Both the position numbers and the translations under genes were made by a program. From Thermoanaerobaculia bacterium (lineage in GTDB: Bacteria > Acidobacteriota > Thermoanaerobaculia > Multivoradales > UBA5704), in assembly GCA_035544875.1 (NCBI GenBank), contig DASZZP010000038.1:64147-128146 (forward strand): 64,000 nt of DNA, in the 5' to 3' direction. Position 1 is the first letter of the stretch; the number at the start of each line of letters is the position of its first letter. Shown here in pieces: positions 37,276-45,901 of the stretch. The notes below the pieces were generated by a model. That model did not search any database, was not told where the DNA came from, and was given only the letters and a program-made list of their open reading frames with translations.

Positions 37276-38387
37276 GCGCTGGTCTGGGTCATCCGGTCCA
37301 GGAGTCGATCTTCGTGGAGGTCGGGCTGGTGGCCGAGCGCCTCGGCGCGGCGCCGCAGCTGGCGGTAGGCGAAGTAACGCAGCGGCCCCCACAGGGTGCA
37401 CTCGGTCGTCCATTTCAGGCGGGCATCGCTGCTGCCGTCCGGGAGCTGGCGGCTCAGGATCTCGCGCCGCTCCGCCACCCACTCGCCGCTGACCTCGCCG
37501 CGCCGCAGCTTGGCCTCGAGCAGCTCGAGCAGGCCGGGACGGTCGACGATCTCCGGATGGTGGTTGACGCCGAACACCCGGGGCATTGTCCCGTCCCGGT
37601 CGCGCGCCAGCTCGGCCATGGTCAAGGCATCGCCCCGCGGCCCGCCGGCGCCCAGGGTCTCATAGCCGATCGGGATCGTCCCCGGCGGCAGCGGCCGCGG
37701 CCAGGGGAGCAGGTCGAACAGCCGGTTGTCGAGCACCAGCAGGCGCCCGCCCGGTGCCAGGGCGGCCGCGAGCTCGCCGCCGGCGCGGCCGAAGAAGCGG
37801 CTGAACCAGGGGTGGGCCTCGGCCTCGGGGGTCAGCATGCTCTCCAGCACGCCCGAGCTCTTCCCCCCTTTTTCGGCGCCGCGCAGCTCGGGCCGCGCGA
37901 TCCCCGACCAGCGGCACATGACGCCAAAGCTGTGGCAGACGGCGAGCAGCACGGCGCCGGGGTCGGCCTGGATGGCGTCGAAGAGCTGGAACAGCGGTGC
38001 CTCCCAGGAGGGGTCCTCGCGGATCCCCTGGCAGCCGGGCGTCACGCCGTCGTTGCGGTGGGGATCGAGGTGGCCGGGCCCGCCGGTGCCGAGGTAGATC
38101 GTATAGCGGCCTCCCGGGAGCTCCGGCAGCATGCCGTGGCGGCGGACGTCGAAAGAGAGGACACGGAGATGGACCCCGGTGCGGTGGCGCAGCCGGAGGA
38201 GATCCTCGTTCTCCTCGAGCAGCGAGCGGACGAGGGAATCGTGGCCTAGGTTCGGCCAGCCGTGGTTCATGTCGAGCACGGCCACGTCGACGGCCTGCTC
38301 CTCGGCCGGCGGGATCTCGTGCGGCCGCTCGATGCGGACATAGCGCGAGTCGTTCTGGCCCGCCGGCGGCATCGCTCGCTGTTCCAT
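37272..38387 (-). CDS. Class-I glutamine amidotransferase-like protein
   Basis: LLAVCHSFGVM is the nucleophile elbow, and GTGGPGHLDP and HHPE are also present. Its stop overlaps the ATP-grasp start. Confidence 0.7.
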   Translation of the reverse strand: MEQRAMPPAGQNDSRYVRIERPHEIPPAEEQAVDVAVLDMNHGWPNLGHDSLVRSLLEENEDLLRLRHRTGVHLRVLSFDVRRHGMLPELPGGRYTIYLGTGGPGHLDPHRNDGVTPGCQGIREDPSWEAPLFQLFDAIQADPGAVLLAVCHSFGVMCRWSGIARPELRGAEKGGKSSGVLESMLTPEAEAHPWFSRFFGRAGGELAAALAPGGRLLVLDNRLFDLLPWPRPLPPGTIPIGYETLGAGGPRGDALTMAELARDRDGTMPRVFGVNHHPEIVDRPGLLELLEAKLRRGEVSGEWVAERREILSRQLPDGSSDARLKWTTECTLWGPLRYFAYRQLRRRAEALGHQPDLHEDRLLDRMTQTSA

Positions 38388-38420
38388 CGGGTCGGGCCTA
38401 AAGAGAGCGTTCCGTCCGGG

Positions 38421-39512
38421 CTAGCAATCTGGCTTCCGGCCCTGCACCGCTTCGCCGCAGCCGCCGCCGCACTCGTCCTGCTCGAGCTGGACCGTCACGT
38501 GATGGATGCCGAAACGGGCGTCGAGAGTCCCGCGCACCTCCTCGAGGGTCGCGCCGCGCGCCTCGGTGTCGCTGACCACGAGGTGGGCCGAGAGCGCCTC
38601 CTTGCCCGAGGTGATCGTCCAGACGTGAAGGTCGTGGACTCCCAGCACCCCGGGGACGCCGGCCAGCGCCTCGCGCACCTCGACCACGTCGAGGTGCTTG
38701 GGCACTCCCTCCATCAGCACCCCCACCGATTCCTGCAGCAGCGACCACGCCGAGTAGATGACCAGCAGGGCGATCACGATCGAAGCCGCCGGATCGGCCC
38801 AGCGCCAGCCGTAAGCCCAGATCAGGGCGCCGGCGACGATGGTCTGCGCGCTGCCGAGAGCGTCGGTCGCCACGTGCAGCCAGGCGCCGCGCACGTTCAG
38901 ACTCTCCGCCCGGCCGGCGGCGAGCAGCTGCAGGCCGACCAGGTTGAAGAGCAACCCGCCGGCGGCGATCGCCATCATGACCGGCGCATCGACCGCGGGC
39001 GGCTGGGCCAGGCGCCGGAAGGCCTCGACCAGGACATAGATCGAGATCGCCACCAGGGTGGCGCCGTTGGCCAGCGCGGCCAGGATCTCGGTGCGGTGGT
39101 GGCCGTAGGTGCGGGTCGGCGTCGGCGGCCGCCGCGCGATGCGGATCGCGAACACCGAGAGCCCCAGCGCCGCCACGTCCGACAGCATGTGCCCGGCGTC
39201 GGCCAGCAGGGCCAGCGACCCGGTGATGTAGCCGCCCACCGCTTCCGCCACCATGTACGCCGCCGCCAGCCCCAAGGTCCACAGCAGCCGGCGCTCGTTC
39301 GCCGTCCCGGCGGCCCCCGCCGCCCCCGCCGAAGCACCGTGCGCGTGCCCGTGGGCATGGCCGTGGGCATGCCCATGCGCATGCCTGCGCCTGGCGGGTG
39401 CCGGCGCCTCTTCCGCGGGCGTGGCTAGCGCGGGCGCCAGCGCGGACCGCTTCTCCCCTGCTGCCGGCGGCGCCGGCGGCGCCTGCTGGGAGAACGTGGG
39501 GTGGTTGGCCAT
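38421..39512 (-). CDS. czcD: Cation diffusion facilitator (CzcD-like Zn/Co/Cd exporter) with an N-terminal (HG/HA)n metal-binding tract
   Basis: HAHGHAHGHAHGHAHG precedes 6 TM segments with HMLSD...HVATD motifs and a C-terminal cytoplasmic domain. The start is the Met at 39512. Confidence 0.8.
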   Translation of the reverse strand: MANHPTFSQQAPPAPPAAGEKRSALAPALATPAEEAPAPARRRHAHGHAHGHAHGHAHGASAGAAGAAGTANERRLLWTLGLAAAYMVAEAVGGYITGSLALLADAGHMLSDVAALGLSVFAIRIARRPPTPTRTYGHHRTEILAALANGATLVAISIYVLVEAFRRLAQPPAVDAPVMMAIAAGGLLFNLVGLQLLAAGRAESLNVRGAWLHVATDALGSAQTIVAGALIWAYGWRWADPAASIVIALLVIYSAWSLLQESVGVLMEGVPKHLDVVEVREALAGVPGVLGVHDLHVWTITSGKEALSAHLVVSDTEARGATLEEVRGTLDARFGIHHVTVQLEQDECGGGCGEAVQGRKPDC

Positions 39513-39723
39513 GGCCCTACTAGAGTACCAGCACCTCGGCCGCCCGGTCTTCCCCCCCGGCCGGGAAGGGTCGGGCCTCCAGCGCAGCTGCCTCGAGGAG
39601 GCTTTTCCAAAGAGTTGGGTAGCCCGCGCGCCCGATGAAAGCGCTGAAAGCGCGCTCGCCAACGCCCGAGCATTCTCTACCCGGCGCTGGCCGTGGGCAC
39701 GTCTCTCGCGAGCTCAGTCGATC

Positions 39724-42366
39724 TCAGCGCCCGCGCTGGATCTCCAGGGTCGAGAGGCGGGCGGGCGGCGGGCAGGGGAGCTCCCCCTTCACCGTGCGCC
39801 AGAGGATGGCGTTGAGCTCGGCCGGCGCGATGGCGTCGGGCGCGGTGAGGTCGAGGCCGAGCGACTGCCGCGCCGCCGGTCCGTCGGCCGGGTTGGTGTC
39901 GGTGAGCGGCTGCGCGGGGATCAGCGCCTGGTACGGAGTGGGATCGGGAGCGGCGGCGAAGATCTCGCGCAGCGGCCGGCCGAAGGTGTCGAACTGGGTC
40001 AGCGTGCCCAGGCCGAGGATCTCCTCGATGGTCGCCACGACGTCGGTGGTGTTGACGAAGCGGTGCACCGTGCCCGGGCGACTGTAGGGCGAGATGACCA
40101 GCAATGGAGCGCGGTGGGAATCGACGTGGTCGGGGCCGTTCTGGGCGTCGTCCTCGACCACGAAGACCACCGTTTCGCGCCAGAACGGGGAGCGGGTGAG
40201 CGCTTCGACGATGCGCCCGAGCGCCAGGTCGTTGTCGGCCATGTAGGCACGCGGCGTCGGCAGCCCCGGACGAGCGCCCGCGGTGTGATCGTTGGGCAGG
40301 TGGAGGATCTCGAGGGCCGGCATCGACCCGCGCTCGACGAAAGTCCGGAATTCGGCCAGCCAGGCATCGGCGCGCTTCTGATCGGGAATGGTCAGGTCCC
40401 ACGCCGGGTAGGTCGGGCTGGTGAAGGGCTGCAGCGACGGCACCGTCGCGCGGTAAACCGTGGCGCCGCCCGCGTCTTTGCCGGCCTTGCCGAACTCGCC
40501 ATAGTTGCGCACCTCGAGGCCGCGGGCACGGGCAAGGTCCCACAGGTGGCCGCTTGCCGGTTCGTCGGCGTCGCCTTCGTCGCCCTCGCCGCCGCGCCGG
40601 CTGGAGTAGCCCGAGGGCGTCGTCTTCTCGGTGTAGTCGGTGGCGTAGGCGGCGGTCGACCAGGAGTGCCCTTGGGTGCTCACCTCGCCGTTGGTGAAGA
40701 AGCGGTCGTAGAGCCCGAAGCGCTGGGCGAGGGCGCGGTGATTGGGGGCCTCGGTCGCGTGGAAGAAGAGCAACCCCGGATCGCCGTCGCCGCCCGGCAG
40801 GTCGCCGAACACCTGGTCGTAGGTGCGGTTCTCCTTGATGACGTAGACGACGTGGCGGAGCGGCGGGTAGAGCGCCGCCTGCGCTCCCGCTATTGCGTCC
40901 ACGCTCGCACCGGCTCCTACGCCGGCGCCGGCGGCGGCGCCTGCACCGCCGCCCGTGCCCGCACCGGCACCTTGGCGCGCGCCCCGCGCCCGGAGCCCGC
41001 CGCCCGAGCCATGGGCCGCGGCGGCGGACGCACCGCCCACCCAGCCGTTGGCCTGCGCCACGCGCCGGGTGCAGGCGGCGAGGGCGGCCCGCGCCGGCAG
41101 CGCCGGCAGCACGGTCAGGGTGCCCTCGGTCTGGCCGAGGGTGTAGCTGCGCGGATCGCGCTCCGGAGCGGCCGGCTGCGGCCCGCGCGGGTTGGGGCCG
41201 GAACCTCGCCCCTTGCCGTTCACGACCAGCAGCGACTCGCCCGCGGTGAGGACCGCGGTGGGATACCAACCGACCGGAATGCGCCCGGCGAGGCGGTCGC
41301 GCGGCGGGCTCGGGCCGCCCGGGACGCCGGAGGTCCCGGAGGCGAGGTCGAATACTGCCACCGCGTTGCTGTCGGACTCGGCCACCAGCAGGCGGCGGCC
41401 GCCGTCGGCCAGCGCCAGGGCGCTCGGGGTGCTGCCGCTTGCCGGCCCGCCGGGCGGCGGGTCGCGCAGCTCGGCGATCAGGCGCCGCATCCCGGTGTCG
41501 ACCACCGCCACCCGGTCGGTGCTGGCCGAGGCCACGAACAGGCGCGCGCCGCCGGGGCTCAGCAGCAGGGCCGAGGGGTGGCGTCCGACCTCGATGCGGC
41601 CGGCCTCGACGATCTCGCCCGCCGGCTCACCCAGGCGTGGCGACGGCCCGCCTGAAAACACGGCGACCGTCGTGCCGCCCCAGGCCGAAACGTAGACCTC
41701 GCCACGCGGACCGGCGGCGACCGCATAGGGATAGCGGCCGGCGGGCAGCCGCTGCACCACCTTGCCGCTCGCCAGATCGACGACCGCCAGGGTGTCGGCG
41801 AGATTCTCGGCGACGTAGAGCCGCTTGCCGTCGGGCGACAGCGCGAGGCCGGCCGGAAAGCGAGTGCCGAACTTGGCCTGCCCCTTGTCGGCGAGCGGCA
41901 GGCTGCCGGCGGGAACGGCGGCGCCTCCCTTCCAGGCGAAGCGGAAGACCACGTCCTCGTTGCCACCGGCGACGTAGAGAGTGCGGCCGTCGGCAGAGAA
42001 AGCCAGCCCGAGGAAGGCCGCGGGCAGCTCCAGCGACTGCAGCACGCGGCCGCTTGCGATCTCGACCACCTGGATCCCCTGCTGGCGCCAGCCGGCCAGG
42101 AGCACCACGACGCGGTCCCTTTCCGGCGCCAGCGCCATGGCAAGCGGCATGTTGCCGAGGTCGAACGAGCGCCCCGCCGGGTCGAGCCGGGCGCCGGTCG
42201 GCAGCCGCGCCGGCGCGCTCTCGAGTGGTGCGGCGGCGGCAGCCCGTGCCCCAAAAGTGCCGGGACTACCGAGAGTGCCGAGGGCGCCGAGCGCGCCGAG
42301 GGCGCCCAGAGTGCGAAGAGTGCCAAGGGTCAGCAGCCCGCCGATGCCGGCTACCGCCGCCTTCAC
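39724..42366 (-). CDS. Secreted fusion protein: YVTN/lactonase-type beta-propeller, a Gly-rich linker, and a phosphoesterase (phospholipase C/acid phosphatase family) domain
   Basis: A signal peptide is followed by repeated ...LYVA/LFVA...VAVVD/VAVFD blades. The linker is GAGAGTGGGAGAAAGAGVGAG. Then come YVIKENRTYDQVFGDL and the remaining phosphoesterase motifs. Confidence 0.8.
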   Translation of the reverse strand: MKAAVAGIGGLLTLGTLRTLGALGALGALGTLGSPGTFGARAAAAAPLESAPARLPTGARLDPAGRSFDLGNMPLAMALAPERDRVVVLLAGWRQQGIQVVEIASGRVLQSLELPAAFLGLAFSADGRTLYVAGGNEDVVFRFAWKGGAAVPAGSLPLADKGQAKFGTRFPAGLALSPDGKRLYVAENLADTLAVVDLASGKVVQRLPAGRYPYAVAAGPRGEVYVSAWGGTTVAVFSGGPSPRLGEPAGEIVEAGRIEVGRHPSALLLSPGGARLFVASASTDRVAVVDTGMRRLIAELRDPPPGGPASGSTPSALALADGGRRLLVAESDSNAVAVFDLASGTSGVPGGPSPPRDRLAGRIPVGWYPTAVLTAGESLLVVNGKGRGSGPNPRGPQPAAPERDPRSYTLGQTEGTLTVLPALPARAALAACTRRVAQANGWVGGASAAAAHGSGGGLRARGARQGAGAGTGGGAGAAAGAGVGAGASVDAIAGAQAALYPPLRHVVYVIKENRTYDQVFGDLPGGDGDPGLLFFHATEAPNHRALAQRFGLYDRFFTNGEVSTQGHSWSTAAYATDYTEKTTPSGYSSRRGGEGDEGDADEPASGHLWDLARARGLEVRNYGEFGKAGKDAGGATVYRATVPSLQPFTSPTYPAWDLTIPDQKRADAWLAEFRTFVERGSMPALEILHLPNDHTAGARPGLPTPRAYMADNDLALGRIVEALTRSPFWRETVVFVVEDDAQNGPDHVDSHRAPLLVISPYSRPGTVHRFVNTTDVVATIEEILGLGTLTQFDTFGRPLREIFAAAPDPTPYQALIPAQPLTDTNPADGPAARQSLGLDLTAPDAIAPAELNAILWRTVKGELPCPPPARLSTLEIQRGR

Positions 42367-42438
42367 CGGCCGAGCTCCGGCAACGCAAGTCGTCTCATTG
42401 CGGTCGGATGATAGCCCGGTGGCGCGCGATGCGGCGCC

Positions 42439-43341
42439 TCATCGCGTGACAGTTTCGCGGTACCAGCGGCAGCCGCGGCGCAGGGGGCAGAGCTCGCAGC
42501 GCGGGGCAGCGCGGCGGCAGAGCTCCTGGCCGTGACGCCGGAGAAGCTGATGGGCCTCGATGAGCCAGCTGTAGTCGTCGGGGAGCTGCGGCGCCACGGC
42601 GGCCGCGGCGGAGCGGTATTGCTGGGTGTACTTCGGGCTCTCCTGGCCGAAGCCGAGGCGGATCAGGACGCGCAGCGCGTTGGAGTCGGCGCCGAGGCTG
42701 CGGGCGCCGCGGGCGAAAAGCATGATCTTGTCGGCGCCCGGCTCGCCGATGCTCGGGAAGCGGCGCAGGAGCTTGTGGCCGCTGCCGGCGGCCACCCGTA
42801 GGGCGAGCTCCCGCTCGCCCATCTCGAGCGCGATGGCCGCCGCCTGCTGCAGCTTCGCGGCGCGATGGGCGGGCAGCATCCCGCCGCCGGCAATGACCTG
42901 CGCCAGCGCCTCGGGGGGACGACCGAGCAGCGCCTCCGGGTCGATTCCGACCTCGCGGCGCAGGCGCTCGAAGACCGCCAGGCGGCGCTCGTCGTCGACC
43001 AGGTAGCCGACGTTCTCCCACACCACCTGAGCGAAGGGCTCGGTGACGTGCGGCGGCGCCGGAGCGCCGTAGTAGTCGCGCAGCCGGCCGACGATCGAGA
43101 GCAGGTCGGGCAGATCGCCGCGCCCAGCCTGGTCGGATGCCGGGTCGCGACCTGCCGGGAGATCCCTCCGGGGAATGCCGCTCGTCCACCGCGGACGAGC
43201 GGCGGCCGGCAATGGTAGATGGGCCGGCCGACCCCGCGATTCTTTCGGAGACGCGGGGTTCCTGCCCCGCGGTTTTTTCGGAGACGCGGGGTCCCCGCCC
43301 CGCGGTTTTTTCGGAGACGCCGGGTCCCTGCCCGGCGTCAC
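42439..43341 (-). CDS. HhH-GPD / endonuclease III-family DNA glycosylase-like protein with an N-terminal PKKPRG (AT-hook-like) repeat tail
   Basis: [16 protein letters not shown] is a helix-hairpin-helix. C-x6-C-x2-C-x5-C ([17 protein letters not shown]) is a [4Fe-4S] loop. The GTG start overlaps the pncB stop as GTGA. The N-terminal [11 protein letters not shown] x3 is encoded by the tandem repeat at 43241-43339. Confidence 0.6.
   Translation of the reverse strand: MTPGRDPASPKKPRGGDPASPKKPRGRNPASPKESRGRPAHLPLPAAARPRWTSGIPRRDLPAGRDPASDQAGRGDLPDLLSIVGRLRDYYGAPAPPHVTEPFAQVVWENVGYLVDDERRLAVFERLRREVGIDPEALLGRPPEALAQVIAGGGMLPAHRAAKLQQAAAIALEMGERELALRVAAGSGHKLLRRFPSIGEPGADKIMLFARGARSLGADSNALRVLIRLGFGQESPKYTQQYRSAAAAVAPQLPDDYSWLIEAHQLLRRHGQELCRRAAPRCELCPLRRGCRWYRETVTR
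43241..43339. repeat. 3 x 33-bp tandem repeat (ccccgcgRttYtttcggagacgcSgggtYcctg); each unit is an internal hairpin ccccgcg...cgcgggg
   Basis: Seen directly. It lies at the 5' end of the HhH-GPD ORF on the minus strand. Confidence 0.7.
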
Positions 43342-44831
43342 GGCTGTCCCTTCCGGGAGGCGGCGGAGGCTTCGGCGCGGGCGGCCAGGATCAGCCGGGT
43401 CTTGAGGTCATAGTAGCCCTGCTCGAGACCGACCGGGTACTGGTGGGGATAGACGAAGCGCTTGATGCCGGCGTGAAAGCGGCCCAGCTGCTCGGCCGCC
43501 CGGCGCCGCACTTCGGCGAGCGCCGGCGGCGGGCTCAGCCGGCGGCCGCGCCGCAGTACCGGTACCAGCAGGTCCTCGCCGGCTGCCCCGGCGGGTATCG
43601 TCCGGCGCCTGGTCATGTCCAGCGGATCAACCATGGTCGGCTCCTCCCCGATCCCGCGCTCGGCGTCGTAGATCACGTCCGCCAGGAACTCGCCGTCTTC
43701 GTGGTAGCGCCGGACCTGCTGGATGCCGGGATTCGAAACCTTGACCGCCTGCTCCGAGAGCTTGAGCCGGTACTGCCAGGGACCGCCCTGCTCGCGCACC
43801 GCGGTCAACTTGTAGACCCCGCCCAGGGCGGGGTCGCCGTCGGCAGTCACCAGGCGGGTGCCGACTCCCCAGACGGCGATCTGCGAGCCCTGCTGCTTGA
43901 GGCTTTCGATGACGTGCTCGTCGAGGTCGTTGCTGGCCAGGATGGAGGCGCCCGGGAAGCCGCCCTCGTCCAGGATGCGCCGCGCCTGGCGGCTCAAGTA
44001 GGCCAGGTCGCCCGAGTCGAGCCGGATCCCGATCAGCTCGCTGCCGCGCTCGCGCAGCCGCCGGCCAGCTTCGACCGCATGCCTCACCCCGTCCAGGCTG
44101 TCGTAGGTGTCGACCAGGAAGACGCAGTTATTGGGCAGGGCCTCGGCATAGGCGGCGAAGGCCTCGGGCTCGGTCGCGAACGACAGGACCCAGCTGTGGG
44201 CATGGGTGCCCTTGACCGGAATGCCGAACAGCTTGCCCGCGAGGGTGTTCGAGGTCCCGGCGCAGCCGCCGACGAAGGCGGCGCGGCTGGCCGACAGCCC
44301 GCCGTCGACGCCATGGGCGCGCCGCAGGCCGAACTCGAGCACCTCCTCGCCGCCGGCGGCAAGCACCACCCGCGCCGCCTTGGTGGCAATCAACGTCTCG
44401 TAGTTGAGCTGGTTGAGCAGCGGCGACTCGAGCAGCTGGCACTGGGCGATCGGGCCGGTCACCCGCAGCAGCGGCTCGTGCGGGAAGACCACCGTCCCCT
44501 CGGGAACCGCGTCGAGGTCGCAGCCGTCGAAGCGCATGGCCGCCAGGAAATCGAGGAACGGCGGCGCGAAGAGCGGTGCGCCGTCGTTGCCGGTCAGGCC
44601 GGCCAGGTAGGCGAGGTCCTCGTCGGCGAAGCGCAGGTTCATTAGGTAGTCGACCGCCGGCTCGAGGCCGCAGGCGATGGTGAAGCCGCCGGCGAACGGG
44701 TTCTTGCGGAAAAAGAGATGGAACGCCGCCTCCTTCTGGTGGGTGCCCGACCGCCAGTAGGCATACGCCATGGTCAGCTGATAGAGGTCGGTCAGCAGGG
44801 CCAGCGAGTCGCGGTAGAGGCGGTGGAGCAT
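43338..44831 (-). CDS. pncB: Nicotinate phosphoribosyltransferase
   Basis: [15 protein letters not shown]...HSWVLSF...VFLVDTYD... matches the NAPRTase family. I chose the Met of MLHRLYRD (~44831, GGTGA RBS) by comparison with the E. coli PncB N-terminus. The track start at 44954 and the Met near 44900 are alternatives. My line-based base counting disagrees with the track by about 1 nt here. Confidence 0.8.
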   Translation of the reverse strand: MLHRLYRDSLALLTDLYQLTMAYAYWRSGTHQKEAAFHLFFRKNPFAGGFTIACGLEPAVDYLMNLRFADEDLAYLAGLTGNDGAPLFAPPFLDFLAAMRFDGCDLDAVPEGTVVFPHEPLLRVTGPIAQCQLLESPLLNQLNYETLIATKAARVVLAAGGEEVLEFGLRRAHGVDGGLSASRAAFVGGCAGTSNTLAGKLFGIPVKGTHAHSWVLSFATEPEAFAAYAEALPNNCVFLVDTYDSLDGVRHAVEAGRRLRERGSELIGIRLDSGDLAYLSRQARRILDEGGFPGASILASNDLDEHVIESLKQQGSQIAVWGVGTRLVTADGDPALGGVYKLTAVREQGGPWQYRLKLSEQAVKVSNPGIQQVRRYHEDGEFLADVIYDAERGIGEEPTMVDPLDMTRRRTIPAGAAGEDLLVPVLRRGRRLSPPPALAEVRRRAAEQLGRFHAGIKRFVYPHQYPVGLEQGYYDLKTRLILAARAEASAASRKGQP

Positions 44832-45008
44832 GGGCGTCACCAATGCTATCGCGAGGCGGACGCCGACCCCGGTCGACGGCTGCGCGTAGAGGCTGCGCAT
44901 GCTAGCGTTCGTTCTTTCTGTTGTATCATCTGACTCGGCGTTGAAATGACGCACGATCGCCTGTATATTAACTAGAGCACCGACGATCAGTCGGCAAAGG
45001 AGCGCGAA

Positions 45009-45479
45009 ATGAGCGAGGTGGTCTACGTTTCAGAGGTGAGGATCGAGCGCCAGGCTGGACCGCTGCGGCTCGCCTACCTGCCCGCGGAGGCCCATCCGGT
45101 GGTATTCGGCGTGCACGGCGCCGTCGCGGCGCACTACAAGGTGAACCCTGACCTGCTGGAGCCGCATGCGACGACGCTGGACTATGTCGTGGCGGCCACC
45201 GGCGGCTGACTCACCGGCACCTTCGGGGGCGCGCTGGAGGCGCGCAAGATCGACGCAAGCAACCGGCTGCTGCGGGCCGAGGTCAGGGGCGAGATCGAGC
45301 TCGAGGACCACGTCCTGGTCATCCGGCGTATCCACGTCACCTATCGGCTCTCGGCTCCGGCCGCGGTGAGCGAGGTCGTCACGCGGGTGCATGCGGTTCA
45401 TGCCATGAGCTGCCCGATCTACCGCTCGCTCTACAAGGCCATCGACATCACGACCGAGGTGAGGCTCGAGGAGCCCTAG
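45009..45479 (+). CDS. OsmC/Ohr-family peroxiredoxin with an in-frame TGA (45207-45209) at the peroxidatic Cys position; candidate selenoprotein or nonsense pseudogene
   Basis: An AAGGAG RBS precedes it. [10 protein letters not shown][TGA]LTGTFGGAL aligns with the OsmC ...aLagCf.mTf... motif, and the resolving CP motif ([11 protein letters not shown]) is 64 codons downstream. The same frame runs across the TGA to the TAG at 45477. Confidence 0.55.
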
Positions 45480-45589
45480 AGCTTCTGGCCTCCCGTACCC
45501 CGGGGTCGGAGAGGAAGCACCGTCGCCTTTGACGAGGTACTCTCCGGACGTGTGAGGGACCAGCCGCGGGACCGACGACGCAATCGTCC

Positions 45590-45901
45590 TTACGGGCAGA
45601 CCGCGAGGGCGCTCGTGTCCTGGATCGGCTGGAAGGTCGTGCTCTGCGGGTTGCGGTAGATGTGGCTGGCTCCGGTCTGGGTGTCGGTCACCGTGGTCGC
45701 CACCTGGACGTTGGTCAAGCCGCCGGCGAAGACCCAGTAGTTGTGGTTGAGGCCGCAGCCGTTCAGCACCTTGATCACTTCCTCGACATTGGACTGGCTA
45801 AAGAACCAGAAGTAGCCGGTGTCGGGAGTGAGCTGGACGGCATGCAGCGCGGGCTGTGTTGCCTTTGACCGTGGGTTCGGGTAGCGTGCCTGCACGCCCA
45901 T
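45590..45901 (-). CDS. Orphan 103-aa ORF homologous to the duplicated C-terminal domain of the M12B protease at 51376..53523
   Basis: GYFWFFSQSNVEEVIKVLNGCGLNHNYWVFAGGLTNVQVATTVTDTQTG aligns with GAFFFTDPGNLELLAKILNLGNRIAVFYGTLSDLEYTLTVTDTQTG in the protease. There is no signal peptide, and the start overlaps the hflK start (CCATGG). Confidence 0.35.
   Translation of the reverse strand: MGVQARYPNPRSKATQPALHAVQLTPDTGYFWFFSQSNVEEVIKVLNGCGLNHNYWVFAGGLTNVQVATTVTDTQTGASHIYRNPQSTTFQPIQDTSALAVCP

Noticed and set aside
43241-43339. Possible CRISPR array
   Set aside because: There are only three directly abutting 33-bp repeats with no spacers. They lie in-frame in a coding N-terminus, so they are a tandem repeat, not CRISPR.
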